A DNA stretch of 64,000 nucleotides from Candidatus Zambryskibacteria bacterium RIFCSPLOWO2_02_FULL_51_21 (lineage in GTDB: Bacteria; Patescibacteriota; Minisyncoccia; Phycocordibacterales; Zambryskibacteraceae): the NCBI GenBank assembly GCA_001824255.1, contig MHWQ01000002.1, forward strand, positions 205,446 to 269,445, given 5' to 3'. Of this stretch, positions 10,554 through 21,231 are shown piece by piece (within the stretch, counting starts at the first letter, position 1; each line of letters starts with the position of its first letter). Under the pieces are notes generated by a model. That model searched no databases. It saw nothing but the letters and a program-made list of their open reading frames with translations, and was not told the origin of the DNA. A program made the translations under genes and the position numbers.

Positions 10554-11244
10554 GGCTTATTTCTATTTCACCCCCGGCTTCCTGTGTGGCGAGAATTGCT
10601 CCGCGCTTCACAAGCTCTAGCATGGCGAGGAAGCCCACGATGGTCGAGATTTTGTCCTGGTGCTTCAAGTCGCGGAAGTGGAGCTTGCCCGCCTTGGCAA
10701 TCCGCTCCGCCAGTTTGTCTATCATCTCCTCGAGACTTATGACCTTCTTGACCGTGACCTGCGGCAAAGATTCTTTCTTCGGCAATGCCGCAATGAGTTC
10801 GCCCAGAGCAAGACGCAAGTTTTCTAGATTAGTTTTGGAATCAGGGGCGAAAACGACCACGTCGTTTTTACTCGGAGTCTTCTCGAAGATGATATTCTTG
10901 CCGAAGATGAGTTTGAGATTCGCCGCAAGCTCCTTAGTTTTTGCGTAGAGAACCAGCCTGTCTTCCAGGTCATGTATGCTCGCCTCTTCCTCTTCCGTAA
11001 GTTCGAGCGTCGGCAGGAGCGAGCGCGATTTGATAAGCATCAGAGTCGAAGCGACAAGGATGAATTCCGCGCTCTCCGCCAGAGAGTAATCCTCTTTTCC
11101 AGAGATGTATTTGATGAAATCGTCCGTAACCTGCGCGAGCGAAACGTCGTTCACGAAGAGTTTCCGCTTGCTTACGAGCTCCAGAAGCAAGTCTAGAGGA
11201 CCCTCGAAAACACGCGTCTTGACGGTATATGAGCTTACAGCCAT
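10546..11244 (-). CDS. scpA: Segregation and condensation protein A
   Basis: ScpA N-terminal motif (LELVSKRKL), overlaps scpB start. Confidence 0.85.
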   Translation of the reverse strand: MAVSSYTVKTRVFEGPLDLLLELVSKRKLFVNDVSLAQVTDDFIKYISGKEDYSLAESAEFILVASTLMLIKSRSLLPTLELTEEEEASIHDLEDRLVLYAKTKELAANLKLIFGKNIIFEKTPSKNDVVVFAPDSKTNLENLRLALGELIAALPKKESLPQVTVKKVISLEEMIDKLAERIAKAGKLHFRDLKHQDKISTIVGFLAMLELVKRGAILATQEAGGEIEISHA

Positions 11245-11263
11245 TACGGCCTATTATAGCCCT

Positions 11264-12085
11264 TTATTTGGCTTCTTTGAAGAGGGTGGCGGTGGCGATG
11301 ACTTTGTAGGGATAGCCCGAGGAGTCGTCGTTGAGTTTCCTCGTCAGAGTCTTGACCGCCGAACTCGAGAGAAGCTCGTGGATGGTGAGATGGTGCTTAT
11401 CGGCGTAAGCGCGGATGGCGGCCGGGTCTTTGACGCCAGGAAGGGTGACTCCGTGCTTCGCCTTCGCGTAAAGCTGGACGGCCTTGGCGACATTACCCTC
11501 GCCCGCGTGATAAGCCCAGGTGGCAAGTCCCCAGTCGCCGAAGCGGTAGTAGTTAAGCGCGAGATAGCGCATGCCGGCGTCTATATTCTTCTCCGGTATC
11601 TTGCGTTCATCAACTTTCTTATTGACGGTAAGGCCGAGGCTTCTTGCCGTGCCAGGCATAAGCTGGAAGACACCGAGAGCCCCGGCAGAAGAGACTGCTG
11701 TGTCCGAACCGCCGTTCTCAAGAAGGCCCACGCCGATAGCCACATCTTCGGGTACGCCATATTTCCTGGCCTTCTCCCTGATGATTTTCTCGTGCTTCTG
11801 AATGACGGCAAGCGAAGCCGGATAAGCATTGCGCGAGCTTACGAAGCCGACTTGCTTATCTATGACCTTCTTGGTCTCTTGTGCGGATGCATCAGCTCCG
11901 AAGAATACTTCCGTTATCGGAAGCGTCTCGCGGCTCGAAATGACTTCCCCGACGACCACCTTGGATACAGGGAGAACAACGGGCATCTTTACTGGGAACT
12001 GAAAGAGGCCGAAGAGGAATGCTCCCGGCACTATTACCGCCGCGAACCTGTAGAACTTTTCCGCTAGAGATGTGATCTTATTCAT
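11264..12085 (-). CDS. Lytic transglycosylase (SLT domain) with N-terminal TM
   Basis: SLT catalytic motif region (GALGVFQLMPGTA), Y-rich C-terminal segment. Confidence 0.75.
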   Translation of the reverse strand: MNKITSLAEKFYRFAAVIVPGAFLFGLFQFPVKMPVVLPVSKVVVGEVISSRETLPITEVFFGADASAQETKKVIDKQVGFVSSRNAYPASLAVIQKHEKIIREKARKYGVPEDVAIGVGLLENGGSDTAVSSAGALGVFQLMPGTARSLGLTVNKKVDERKIPEKNIDAGMRYLALNYYRFGDWGLATWAYHAGEGNVAKAVQLYAKAKHGVTLPGVKDPAAIRAYADKHHLTIHELLSSSAVKTLTRKLNDDSSGYPYKVIATATLFKEAK

Positions 12086-12102
12086 GGTTTTTTATTTTTG
12101 GC

Positions 12103-12128
12103 ACAAAAGAAAAACGCCTGTGGGCGTG
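12103..12128 (-). terminator. Rho-independent terminator after Asp/Asn-tRNA ligase gene
   Basis: Hairpin ACGCC-CACA-GGCGT followed by UUUUUCUUUU on minus strand. Confidence 0.6.
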
Positions 12129-12240
12129 CACGTATCCGTATGATTTACAACAAAAATCTTATCAAAAATGCGGGCTTGAAATCAATCGAAAACCGATGTG
12201 AAGAAGCGCCCAAACAAGGCCAGATTAACCGCGGCAGGAA

Positions 12241-13632
12241 TTATTTTCTGTCAATTTTAATGCCGAGCTCTTTGAGCTGTTTCTCGGAAACTTCCGAAGG
12301 CGCGTTCATCATGAGGTCTCTGCCCTCGCCCGTCTTAGGGAACGCTATCACCTCGCGGATGTTGGGCTCGTTCTGGAGAATCATCACTATGCGGTCGATG
12401 CCGGGAGCGAAACCGCCGTGCGGGGGTGCACCGTAGGTGAAGGCCTCAAGCATGTGGCCGAACTTCCTCTGTTGTTCTTCTTCGCTGATGCCCAAAAGGT
12501 CAAAAACCTGTTTCTGCTCCGTCCGCTCGTGTATGCGGATTGAACCGGAAGAGAGTTCGTAACCGTTGAGTACCAGGTCGTAAGAGTTGGCCCGGATATT
12601 GAATAAGTCCTCGCCCTTCATAAACTTCTCCTTGTCTTCCGGCTTGATAGAGCAGAAGGGGTGATGGGCCGCCTGAATCTCGCCTTCATCATTTTTCTCA
12701 AACATCGGGAAGTCCAGTATCCAGGCAAAAGCCAGTTCATTTGGATTATTTTTATCCTCGCGGAGATCCGGCTTGTCGGTACCGTACTTTTCCATCGCTT
12801 CCTTGTACGTCAGTCTCGGAAACGGAGTCTCGGAAATTTTCTTTTCCGGATAGAGAGTGCCGACCAGTTCTATAAACATTTTCTCGGTATAGGCGAGCAC
12901 GTTTTCCTGCTTGACGAAAGACATTTCGAAATCGAGCTGGGTAAATTCCGGCTGGCGGTCCCCTCTCGTATCCTCATCCCTCATGCAGCGGGCAATCTGG
13001 AAATATCTTTCGAATCCGGCCACCATTGAGAGTTGTTTGAACTGCTGCGGCGATTGAGGCAGAGCGTAGAAATGCCCGGGGAAAAGGCGGGCGGGCACGA
13101 TGTACTCGCGTGACCCTTCCGGCGTGCCCTTCATAAGCATAGGGGTCTCGATTTCGACAAAATCGTTTTTGTGCATGTATTCCCTGAAAAACGTTATGAC
13201 CTTGTCTCGCATGCGGATATTCTTCTGCATGCGCTCGGTCCTGAGGTCGAGATAGCGGTATTTCATCCTCGCTTCCTCGCCGACCGGCATAGTGTCGATA
13301 TTTATTTCGAAAGGCGGCGTTTCGGATTTGTTGAGCACTTCGATGTTTAAGACCTCAAGCTCGATGTCTCCGTTCAGGATTCCGGCATTGATATTCTTCT
13401 CCGGACGGGCATTCACTTTCCCTTCAATTTTCAGAACCCATTCCGGCCGGATTTCCTTGGCCAGGGCGATGGCGGGAGAATTCGGAAGAACGACGCATTG
13501 CACCTTGCCGAAGCCGTCACGGAAGTCGAAGAAAACCATCTTCCCCTGGTCGCGGCGCACGTCCACCCAGCCGGAAATACTGGCTTCAGAGCCAGTCTTC
13601 GACTTCAAATCCTTAATGAAAGTTCTCTCCAT
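12241..13632 (-). CDS. Class IIb aminoacyl-tRNA ligase: aspartate--tRNA ligase (type 2/non-discriminating) or asparagine--tRNA ligase
   Basis: N-terminal OB anticodon-binding domain, class II motifs 1-3 (C-terminal GGFAPGIDRIVM); cannot separate AspRS2 from AsnRS by eye. Confidence 0.8.
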   Translation of the reverse strand: MERTFIKDLKSKTGSEASISGWVDVRRDQGKMVFFDFRDGFGKVQCVVLPNSPAIALAKEIRPEWVLKIEGKVNARPEKNINAGILNGDIELEVLNIEVLNKSETPPFEINIDTMPVGEEARMKYRYLDLRTERMQKNIRMRDKVITFFREYMHKNDFVEIETPMLMKGTPEGSREYIVPARLFPGHFYALPQSPQQFKQLSMVAGFERYFQIARCMRDEDTRGDRQPEFTQLDFEMSFVKQENVLAYTEKMFIELVGTLYPEKKISETPFPRLTYKEAMEKYGTDKPDLREDKNNPNELAFAWILDFPMFEKNDEGEIQAAHHPFCSIKPEDKEKFMKGEDLFNIRANSYDLVLNGYELSSGSIRIHERTEQKQVFDLLGISEEEQQRKFGHMLEAFTYGAPPHGGFAPGIDRIVMILQNEPNIREVIAFPKTGEGRDLMMNAPSEVSEKQLKELGIKIDRK

Positions 13633-13633
13633 T

Positions 13634-14614
13634 TTAATAAAGCTTAAGGCCGACTAATTTTCTCACCTCTTCCATCTTCTTCTCAGCCCGCTCGCGCGCC
13701 GTCTTGCCGCCGGATTTCAGAACTTCGAGTACCGCTTGCTTGTCTTCCTCCAGGGCCTGCCTTCTCTCGCGCATGGGAGTGATAACTTTCTTGATGTTTT
13801 TTATGAGGATTTCCTTCGACTCCTTGTAGCCGATTTTGCCCGCTTCGTAGCGGTCGCGAAGCTCGGCAAATTCCGGCCCTTCGGTGAAGAGTTTGTGCAG
13901 AGCGAAGACATTGTCTTTCTCCGGGTCCTTGGGCTCATCCGGCAACTTGGAATCCGTGACAATGCTCATGACCGCCTTCTCAATCTCTTCGTCTGTGGCG
14001 AAAAGCGGAATGGTGTTGCCGTAGCTCTTGCTCATCTTCCGGCCGTCGGTGCCGGGAACTGTCGCTACCTGGTCGAGTATGAGAACATCCGGCAGTTTGA
14101 ATGTCTCGCCGAAAGCGTTGTTGAACTTCTGCGCCGTGTCGCGGGCAATTTCGACATGTTGTTTCTGGTCCTGGCCCACGGGCACCACATCCGTATCTTG
14201 AATTAAAATATCCGCCGCCATGAGTATCGGGTAGTCGAAGAGGCCGACGTTCGGCTCTTTCTTATTGGCGATGGCGTCTTTGTAAGCATGCGCTCTTTCG
14301 AGATACGGCACCGTCGTGAGACAGTTGAAAATCCATGCCAGCTCGGCCACTTGCGGCACGTCGGATTGTTTGTAAATGGTGACATTCTTCGGGTCGAGAC
14401 CTATGGCCATATAGTCGAGAAGCACTCCGGCCGTATTCTCCTCAAGCTCCTCCTTGTTCTGCACGGTCGTCAGGGCATGGAGGTCGGCGATGAAGATGTA
14501 GCTCTCGAACTCATTCTGAAGCTCCACGAACTGCTTCATGGCGCCGAAATAGTTGCCGACATGCGGCCTCCCCGTCGGCTTCACCCCTGAAAGCAGTATC
14601 TTTTTAGATGCCAT
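13634..14614 (-). CDS. trpS: Tryptophan--tRNA ligase
   Basis: Class I HIGH-like (TGRPHVGN) and KMSKS motifs, about 326 aa. Confidence 0.9.
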   Translation of the reverse strand: MASKKILLSGVKPTGRPHVGNYFGAMKQFVELQNEFESYIFIADLHALTTVQNKEELEENTAGVLLDYMAIGLDPKNVTIYKQSDVPQVAELAWIFNCLTTVPYLERAHAYKDAIANKKEPNVGLFDYPILMAADILIQDTDVVPVGQDQKQHVEIARDTAQKFNNAFGETFKLPDVLILDQVATVPGTDGRKMSKSYGNTIPLFATDEEIEKAVMSIVTDSKLPDEPKDPEKDNVFALHKLFTEGPEFAELRDRYEAGKIGYKESKEILIKNIKKVITPMRERRQALEEDKQAVLEVLKSGGKTARERAEKKMEEVRKLVGLKLY

Positions 14615-14639
14615 ATGAAGCTATAATACCAGAGAAAAT

Positions 14640-16403
14640 TTAGGCTGTCAGGAAACCGCCGGCCTGGTGAGCCCAGAGTTCAGCGTAGACGCCGCCAAGT
14701 TTAAGCAGCTCATCATGAGTGCCATCTTCAATAACTTTGCCATCGTCCATTACCACCAAGCGATCCATGGATCTGAGGGTTGAGAGACGATGAGCAATGG
14801 CGATAACGGTTTTGTTTTCCATCAATTTCTTGAGCGCTTCCTGAATCATTACCTCGCTCTCGCTATCGAGGGCACTGGTCGCTTCGTCGAGCAGCAATAT
14901 TTTTGCATCTTTTAAGAATGCTCTGGCGATGGCCACTCTTTGGCGCTCGCCTCCCGAGAGCTTGATGCCGCGCTCCCCAACCAGAGTGTCGTATTTCTTG
15001 GGCAATGTGTCGATAAACTGATGTGCCTGAGCATGCGTTGCCGCCAGGATTATTTCCTCATCGGTGGATGGTATTTTGCCATACCCGATATTCTCCTTAA
15101 GCGAACGGTGGAAAAGAAGCGGATCTTGAGGCACCACAGCTATAGAACCGCGCAAGCTCTCCTGCTTAACCATGGCAATATCCTGCCCGTCAATTAGAAT
15201 CTTACCGCCCGAAAGATCGTACTGACGCATCAAAAGCTTCATCAAGGTGGACTTGCCGGCGCCGCTTCGACCAATCAAGCCAACGCGCTGGCCGGGCTCA
15301 ATGCACAGATTGAGTCTGTCGAAAATCTTTCGCGATTCATATTCGAAAGAAACGTCTTCCAATCTTATTTCTCCACGAGAAACCTCGAGATCTTTGGATA
15401 AGGGATGGTCGATAATATCGTGTTCGTGGAGAATATCGATCAAGCCCTCTCTGGCCTGGCTGATAGTCTCGGCGAAATTGTCGAAATTGCGGCCAATCCT
15501 GGCCAAATCTCCCCTAATGGACACAACGAGTGTTAGCACCAAGATCACGTCTCCAGCCGTAACAATACCTATGCTCCAAAGATAAGCGGCAAACAAAATC
15601 ATTCCTCCCGAGAAAATACTCTCGAGCACGTTGTTGAGAGTCATGGACCATTCGGAATAAGTCCAGTTTCTTAACCCCGCCCTGCGGCGGATGTCGATGA
15701 GATTCCTAATGCGGGCAAGTTCGAATCCCCGGCGCGCATAGTCGTGCATGGCGTTTATGTTGGTCAGCACATCGATAGTCTGAGCGCGCAATTCCGTTTC
15801 TCTTTCGTTGGCCGCAATGCTAAGAGGCATCTTTTTTCTCACCAGAGCTATGTTTATGGGAGCGATAACCAAAACCCAAAATACGAAGATCCAACCAACA
15901 TACAGATTGGTACGGAAAACAAGAATAAGACTGACCACCAGCGAGAGTAGAAAGCCCATCCATTCCCACAAGATTTCTTGGATAATATTTTTTACTCCGT
16001 CGCTTGCGTTGGTAATTTTGCTTCCCAGCGCTCCAGCGAATCTGCTGGAGAAGTAACCGTAACCATGACTGGTGACATATTCGGTTAATGTCTCTCTCAC
16101 CGTCGCCCGTACTCCTGTGACCCAGCGCGAACCGGCGAAACCGCTTGAGCGCCAACCCAAGGCCTCGGCGAAGGTAAAAACGATATAAATTAATGCCCAA
16201 AACAACACGCTTTCCGGGCCGAACCCGGCCGCACCATTAACGCTGTCAACCACGCGTTTGAAAACGTAGGGTACAAGAGAACCCAAGGTAGAGGCAAAAA
16301 TGACCGAAAAGACAGCCAAAAAGGCCGCCACTCGATAAGGCTTGGAGCTATAAAGCAAGAAACTGAATGGCCCTTTCGGGAGTTGTGGTACTTTTGCAGT
16401 CAT
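14640..16403 (-). CDS. ABC transporter permease/ATP-binding fusion (MsbA-like exporter)
   Basis: 6-TM domain plus Walker A (GRSGAGKST), signature LSGGERQ, Walker B. Confidence 0.85.
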   Translation of the reverse strand: MTAKVPQLPKGPFSFLLYSSKPYRVAAFLAVFSVIFASTLGSLVPYVFKRVVDSVNGAAGFGPESVLFWALIYIVFTFAEALGWRSSGFAGSRWVTGVRATVRETLTEYVTSHGYGYFSSRFAGALGSKITNASDGVKNIIQEILWEWMGFLLSLVVSLILVFRTNLYVGWIFVFWVLVIAPINIALVRKKMPLSIAANERETELRAQTIDVLTNINAMHDYARRGFELARIRNLIDIRRRAGLRNWTYSEWSMTLNNVLESIFSGGMILFAAYLWSIGIVTAGDVILVLTLVVSIRGDLARIGRNFDNFAETISQAREGLIDILHEHDIIDHPLSKDLEVSRGEIRLEDVSFEYESRKIFDRLNLCIEPGQRVGLIGRSGAGKSTLMKLLMRQYDLSGGKILIDGQDIAMVKQESLRGSIAVVPQDPLLFHRSLKENIGYGKIPSTDEEIILAATHAQAHQFIDTLPKKYDTLVGERGIKLSGGERQRVAIARAFLKDAKILLLDEATSALDSESEVMIQEALKKLMENKTVIAIAHRLSTLRSMDRLVVMDDGKVIEDGTHDELLKLGGVYAELWAHQAGGFLTA

Positions 16404-16467
16404 AAATTTAGACGCAAGAAATTACTATACCACAAATTCTATATTTTTGGAGGATACTGCTGATTAT

Positions 16468-17325
16468 TTATAACCCCTGCTTTTTTAATTCCTCAACGAG
16501 TTTCTTTTGCTCCTTGGAGAGTTTCTCTGGAATATCAATAAGGATGCGGACATAGAGGTCGCCGCGCTTTGAACCGCCCATGGGCACGCCCTTGCCCTTC
16601 ACGCGGAGAATCGTGCCGTGCTTGGTGCCGGCGGGCACTTTCAAAATTATTTCGCCGTCGAGCGTGCCGATTTTCTTCTCCGCGCCGAGCAGCGCGTCGG
16701 AGAGAACCACGTGAAGGTCCATGATGAGGTTGTAACCCTCTTTCCTCAAATACGGATGCCTTCTCACATGAACCTTCACATACAGGTCGCCGGGCAAGCC
16801 GCCCTCGAGCGTCTCACCCATGCCCGAGAGGCGTATCATCTGGCCGTCGTCGATGCCGGGCGGCACGGAGATGGAAACTTCTTTCTGCTTGATAAATTTG
16901 GAATTGACGACAACCTTCCTCTCCGCGCCGAAGATGGCTTCCTGGAAAGAAAGTTCGATATCGACAGCAATGTCTCTGCCTCGGCGCACCCGTCTGCCGC
17001 CGAAAATGGAGGAGAGAATGTCGCCGAGGTCTCCCGCGTCGAATCCTCCTTGGCCGAAACCGGAAAAGTCGAAACCGAAGTCAGAAGGATTGAAACCTCC
17101 TTGATAATTGAACCCGCCGGTTCCTGCGTTGCCGAATTGGTCGTATTGAGAGCGTTTCTTCCTGTCCGAAAGCACGCTATACGCTTCGTTCGCTTCTTTG
17201 AACTTTGCTTCGTCGCCGCCGGATTTGTCGGGGTGGTACTGATGCGCGAGCTTTCTGAAAGCCTTCTTTATTTCCTCCTCGCTCGCGTCCTTCTTGACTC
17301 CTAGAATTTTGTAATAATCCTTCAT
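16468..17325 (-). CDS. dnaJ: DnaJ-class co-chaperone, type II (J domain, G/F region, no zinc finger)
   Basis: J domain with HPD motif (YHPDK), G/F-rich linker, C-terminal substrate-binding domains; follows dnaK. Confidence 0.85.
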   Translation of the reverse strand: MKDYYKILGVKKDASEEEIKKAFRKLAHQYHPDKSGGDEAKFKEANEAYSVLSDRKKRSQYDQFGNAGTGGFNYQGGFNPSDFGFDFSGFGQGGFDAGDLGDILSSIFGGRRVRRGRDIAVDIELSFQEAIFGAERKVVVNSKFIKQKEVSISVPPGIDDGQMIRLSGMGETLEGGLPGDLYVKVHVRRHPYLRKEGYNLIMDLHVVLSDALLGAEKKIGTLDGEIILKVPAGTKHGTILRVKGKGVPMGGSKRGDLYVRILIDIPEKLSKEQKKLVEELKKQGL

Positions 17326-19193
17326 TACTTGGTTTCAGCGTCCTTGATATCCGGCCCTTCTTCTTTGGGCGGCTGTTGGTTGTCAGTGGTAGTCTGTTGT
17401 TTGTTCATGTGTTCCCCAATCTTCTGCATTTCCGCAGAGAGAGCTTCTGTCGCCGATTTGATTGATTCGAGCGTGCCGGAATCTTTTTCTTTCTTGAGAG
17501 CATCAATTTTGGCATTCACGCCGGTCTTTATGTCCTCGGGTACGGATGGTGCATCTTTCAGCGCCTTTTCGGCGGTATAAATGAGCTGCTCGGCGGTATT
17601 CCTTTGGTCCACGAGCTCTTTCTTCTTCGCGTCTTCGGCGGCGTTCGCCTCGGCATCTTTCTGCATCTTCTCGATGTCTTCCTTAGAGAGACCGCTGGCC
17701 GCTTCTATCCTGATGGACTGCTCTTTGTTGGTCGCCTTGTCCTTGGCTTTGACATTCAGGATGCCATTGGCGTCAATGTCGAAGGTAACTTCGACCTGCG
17801 GCATACCTCGAGGTGAAGGCGGTATGCCGTCGAGGATGAAGCGCCCAAGCGACTTGTTGTCGGCAGCCATGGCGCGTTCGCCTTGGACAACGTGAATCTC
17901 AACGGAAGTCTGGTTATCGGCCGCGGTGGAGAAAATCTGCGAGCGCGCCGAAGGGATGGTGGTGTTCTTCTCGATGAGCTTGGTCGCCACGCCGCCCATG
18001 GTCTCGATGCCGAGTGATAGCGGGATGACGTCGAGAAGCAAAACATCTTTGACATCGCCCGCGAGAATGCCTCCCTGGATGGCGGCGCCCATAGCCACCA
18101 CTTCGTCCGGGTTGATGGATTTGTTGGGCTCTTTGCCGAAGAAGCTCTTTACCGCCTCGGCAATCATGGGCATCCTGGTCTGTCCGCCCACCAAGAGCAC
18201 TTCATTGATATCTCCCGTTTTGAAAGGAGATGCTTCGACCGCCCGCTTGGTAATCTCCATGGCCCGGTCCACGAACTCGCGGGCAAGCTCCTCGAGCTTG
18301 GCGCGCGAAATCTTCATCAGGAGATGCCTCGGGCCGGAAGCGTCGGAAGTGATGAATGGAATATTCACTTCCGTATCGGTGGCGGTACTGAGCTCAATCT
18401 TCGCCTTCTCGGCCGCTTCATCGAGACGCTGGAGAGCCAGAGCGTCGCTTCGCACATCGATGCCGGACTCCTTCTTAAATTCCTCGGCGATGTAATTCAA
18501 AATTTTCTGGTCGATGTCCTTGCCACCGAGGTGGCTATCGCCGTCGGTCGATTTCACCTCCACTACATCGTCGCCCACTTCGAGAATGGAGATGTCGAAA
18601 GTGCCTCCGCCAAAGTCGAAGACCGCAATTTTTTCATTTTTCTTTTTATTGAGACCGTAAGCGAGCGCGGCGGCCGTCGGCTCGTTGATGATGCGCTTGA
18701 CCTCAAGACCGGCAATCTGCCCGGCATCCTTGGTGGCCTGTCTCTGAGAATCGTTGAAGTAGGCAGGCACGGTGATGATGGCTTCCGTTACTTTCTCGCC
18801 GAGGCGCGCTTCGGCATCGGCCTTCAGCTTCTGGAGAATCATGGCGGAAATTTCTTCCGGCCTGTAATCCTTGTCGGACATCTTCACCAATACGCCGCCG
18901 TTCGGAGCCTCTTTGAGCTCATACGGCACGGTAAGTTTGTCCTTCTGCACGGCCGGGTCGGAGAAAGTGTGCCCGATGAAGCGCTTGATGCCGAAGACGG
19001 TGTTCCTGGGATTCGTCACCGCCTGGCGTTTGGCCAGAAGCCCCACCAGGCGCTCGCCCGTCTTCGAAATAGCGACAATCGAGGGCGTGGTGCGCGCGCC
19101 TTCGGAGTTCTCGAGAATCTTCGGAGCGCCGGCTTCCATCACCGACACCGCGGAAAACGTCGTACCCAGGTCAATTCCGATTATTTTTGCCAT
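17325..19193 (-). CDS. dnaK: Chaperone Hsp70
   Basis: Canonical Hsp70 signatures ([16 protein letters not shown]). Confidence 0.95.
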   Translation of the reverse strand: MAKIIGIDLGTTFSAVSVMEAGAPKILENSEGARTTPSIVAISKTGERLVGLLAKRQAVTNPRNTVFGIKRFIGHTFSDPAVQKDKLTVPYELKEAPNGGVLVKMSDKDYRPEEISAMILQKLKADAEARLGEKVTEAIITVPAYFNDSQRQATKDAGQIAGLEVKRIINEPTAAALAYGLNKKKNEKIAVFDFGGGTFDISILEVGDDVVEVKSTDGDSHLGGKDIDQKILNYIAEEFKKESGIDVRSDALALQRLDEAAEKAKIELSTATDTEVNIPFITSDASGPRHLLMKISRAKLEELAREFVDRAMEITKRAVEASPFKTGDINEVLLVGGQTRMPMIAEAVKSFFGKEPNKSINPDEVVAMGAAIQGGILAGDVKDVLLLDVIPLSLGIETMGGVATKLIEKNTTIPSARSQIFSTAADNQTSVEIHVVQGERAMAADNKSLGRFILDGIPPSPRGMPQVEVTFDIDANGILNVKAKDKATNKEQSIRIEAASGLSKEDIEKMQKDAEANAAEDAKKKELVDQRNTAEQLIYTAEKALKDAPSVPEDIKTGVNAKIDALKKEKDSGTLESIKSATEALSAEMQKIGEHMNKQQTTTDNQQPPKEEGPDIKDAETK

Positions 19194-19202
19194 AGTGGTT
19201 AT

Positions 19203-19733
19203 TTAATTCTTAAATTCGCCAATCTTTACCTTGGCGGGTCTGATAATTTTCCCCGATAGTATATAACCTTTAAGTACAACTTCAAGAATCTTGTGGTCGT
19301 CCTCTTTGTTACCGGTAGGAATTGTTCCCGCCGACTCGTGGAGACGCGGGTCGAACTTCTCCCCCACGGGATTCGATTCCTCAAGGCCGTTGGTCTTGAG
19401 GGTAGACAGAAGCTGACGGTATATGGCCTCCAATTCTTTATTCCCGTGAGGCAAGGACAATTCGAAGCTGTCGAGAACGGGGATAAGCTGGTAAACGAGG
19501 TCCGCGTTGGCGAACTTCAGGAATTCGACCTTGGCATCCTCGTCCCGCTTCCTCATATTGACGAAGTCGGCCTGCGCTCTCTGCCAGCTATCAAGATACT
19601 CCTTGGCCTTTGCCTCGCACTCTTTGAGCTTCTCTTTAAGCTTCTTTACCATATCTCCGGCATGCTCTTCGGCGAGGACGGAGTCGTCTACACCTTCTTT
19701 GTCCAACTCAATATCCTGTTCTTGTTCGTCCAT
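19203..19733 (-). CDS. grpE: Nucleotide exchange factor GrpE
   Basis: GrpE coiled-coil plus beta domain; grpE-dnaK-dnaJ operon. Confidence 0.85.
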   Translation of the reverse strand: MDEQEQDIELDKEGVDDSVLAEEHAGDMVKKLKEKLKECEAKAKEYLDSWQRAQADFVNMRKRDEDAKVEFLKFANADLVYQLIPVLDSFELSLPHGNKELEAIYRQLLSTLKTNGLEESNPVGEKFDPRLHESAGTIPTGNKEDDHKILEVVLKGYILSGKIIRPAKVKIGEFKN

Positions 19734-19780
19734 GGTAAAAGCTAATTTACCTTAATAAACAGCCGAAATCAAGGCCGTAT

Positions 19781-19809
19781 TTGACAAAATTATTAAACAG
19801 GTTTATAAT
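19781..19809 (+). promoter_or_regulatory. Consensus sigma70-type promoter TTGACA-N17-TATAAT
   Basis: TTGACA 19781-19786, 17 nt spacer, TATAAT 19804-19809; RBS GAGGTG and ATG 19834 downstream. Confidence 0.65.
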
Positions 19810-19833
19810 TGCAAAAGACTGATAGAGGTGCTT

Positions 19834-20109
19834 ATGCTCGAAAATGGAAAGAAGACTCAACTGAAAAGTGGTGACCTCCTGGTCCTGGAGAAGTCCAGCG
19901 GACGCATCCAGGTCTTGCGTCAAACAGCGTTCCCGGATGAGCGGCTTTTCTGGGATGACGGTGTCAATCCAGACAACAAGAGCCCTTTCGTAGTGGAGGA
20001 AGAGGACTTCTACTCCATAGCTCGAATGCTCGCCAATGTGGTGGGTCTCGGGCTGAGAGAGTACGAACCGGACAACCGACATGCATACGTCGGCTTCAAG
20101 CTCGTCTAG
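19834..20109 (+). CDS. Small hypothetical protein (91 aa), monocistronic, GC3-rich
   Basis: ORF track (19828 alt start; ATG at 19834 after RBS), perfect promoter upstream, terminator downstream. Confidence 0.55.
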   Translation: MLENGKKTQLKSGDLLVLEKSSGRIQVLRQTAFPDERLFWDDGVNPDNKSPFVVEEEDFYSIARMLANVVGLGLREYEPDNRHAYVGFKLV

Positions 20110-20117
20110 ATACGTGC

Positions 20118-20155
20118 ACAAAGGGCGGCTTGCGAGCCGCCCTTTCGATTTTTAT
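20118..20155. terminator. Bidirectional rho-independent terminator between small ORF and rpsI
   Basis: AAAGGGCGGCU-UGCG-AGCCGCCCUUU hairpin flanked by A-run and UUUUUAU. Confidence 0.7.
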
Positions 20156-20156
20156 A

Positions 20157-20549
20157 TTAACGCTTGGACCACTTTGGAGCTTTTCTGGCTTTCTTGAGGC
20201 CGAATTTGCGGCGTTCTTTGGCGCGGGGGTCGCGCTTCAAGAATCCTTTCACTTTGAGCTTGCCGCGGAGATTGATGTCGTATTCGAGAAGAGCGCGGGC
20301 AATACCGTGGCGAAGGGCTACCGCCTGGCCAGCTATTCCGCCGCCGATAAGCTTGGCCGAGACGTGGAATTTCTCCGGCACATCGTTGAAAACGGAGAGG
20401 ATGGTGCGGCGGAGTTCCTGAGTCGGGAAATATACTTCAAATTCTTTGCCGTTGGCAGTGATAGCAACCTTCGTGGCAGGAGTAATACGCACGCGGGCGA
20501 TAGCGGTCTTTCTCCTCCCTACTGCTTCTAGATATTTTTCTTTACTCAT
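20157..20549 (-). CDS. rpsI: 30S ribosomal protein S9
   Basis: C-terminal KKARKAPKWSKR signature. Confidence 0.9.
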   Translation of the reverse strand: MSKEKYLEAVGRRKTAIARVRITPATKVAITANGKEFEVYFPTQELRRTILSVFNDVPEKFHVSAKLIGGGIAGQAVALRHGIARALLEYDINLRGKLKVKGFLKRDPRAKERRKFGLKKARKAPKWSKR

Positions 20550-20886
20550 TGATTTTCAAATTTTTCATCATCCTCGGGCGCAATTTGTTCTTGGGGAGCA
20601 TACCATAAACGGCCCGGCGGAGCACCTCCCTCGCGCCCTTCTTCTCGACCACGTGCGACATAGATTCGAGCGTAAGGCCGCCCGGGTAGAGTGAGTGGCG
20701 GGAGTAGCGCTTGTCTCTCATTTTCTTCGCGTCAAGCGACATGGCGCCAGCATTCGACACTTCCACTTCGATATCGGGAATTTTGTTCCTGGCGAAGTCG
20801 GTTCTGTTTTTCCCCATCAGAAGCACCGCCACTTCGGTGGCTATTCTGCCGGGCACTTTTCCTTTTGCATCTATAGAATATTTCAT
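20542..20886 (-). CDS. rplM: 50S ribosomal protein L13 (compact)
   Basis: L13-like sequence, upstream of rpsI as in rplM-rpsI operons. Confidence 0.8.
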   Translation of the reverse strand: MKYSIDAKGKVPGRIATEVAVLLMGKNRTDFARNKIPDIEVEVSNAGAMSLDAKKMRDKRYSRHSLYPGGLTLESMSHVVEKKGAREVLRRAVYGMLPKNKLRPRMMKNLKINE

Positions 20887-21230
20887 ACGAATTCGATTAC
20901 GGCCATCTGGGCGCCATCCGACTTCCTTCTCACCATCTTGGTGATGCGAAGGTATCCGCCGGAGCGGCTCTTGTAGGTTTGTGAGATGTCGGCTGCGATT
21001 TTCTTCGCGGCCTGCACTCCGACTCGGGAAGTGAGCAGCCTCTTGGAAGCGGGAGTTTCTTTCTTGCCGAGCGTGACGAGCTTCTCCATGAAGGGGCGAA
21101 GTTCCTTGGCCTTGGCCTCGGTCGTCTTGATCTTCCCCTTGAGCGCAAGCGAATGCGCGAGAGATTTCATCAGAGCCCTTCTCTGGTTTGTCTTCCGGCC
21201 GAATTTTCTGTGGGCTCTGTGGAATGCCAT
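20883..21230 (-). CDS. rplQ: 50S ribosomal protein L17
   Basis: N-terminal HRKFGRKTNQRRAL motif typical of L17. Confidence 0.9.
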   Translation of the reverse strand: MAFHRAHRKFGRKTNQRRALMKSLAHSLALKGKIKTTEAKAKELRPFMEKLVTLGKKETPASKRLLTSRVGVQAAKKIAADISQTYKSRSGGYLRITKMVRRKSDGAQMAVIEFV

Positions 21231-21231
21231 G

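Noticed and set aside
11105-12067. 320 aa plus-strand ORF antisense to lytic transglycosylase
   Set aside because: Shadow ORF; the minus-strand SLT-domain gene has clear motifs.
18324-19259. 311 aa plus-strand ORF antisense to dnaK
   Set aside because: dnaK on the minus strand is unambiguous; high-GC antisense frames are commonly open.
19734-19830. CIRCE (TTAGCACTC-N9-GAGTGCTAA) heat-shock operator upstream of grpE
   Set aside because: No matching inverted repeat present in the grpE upstream region.
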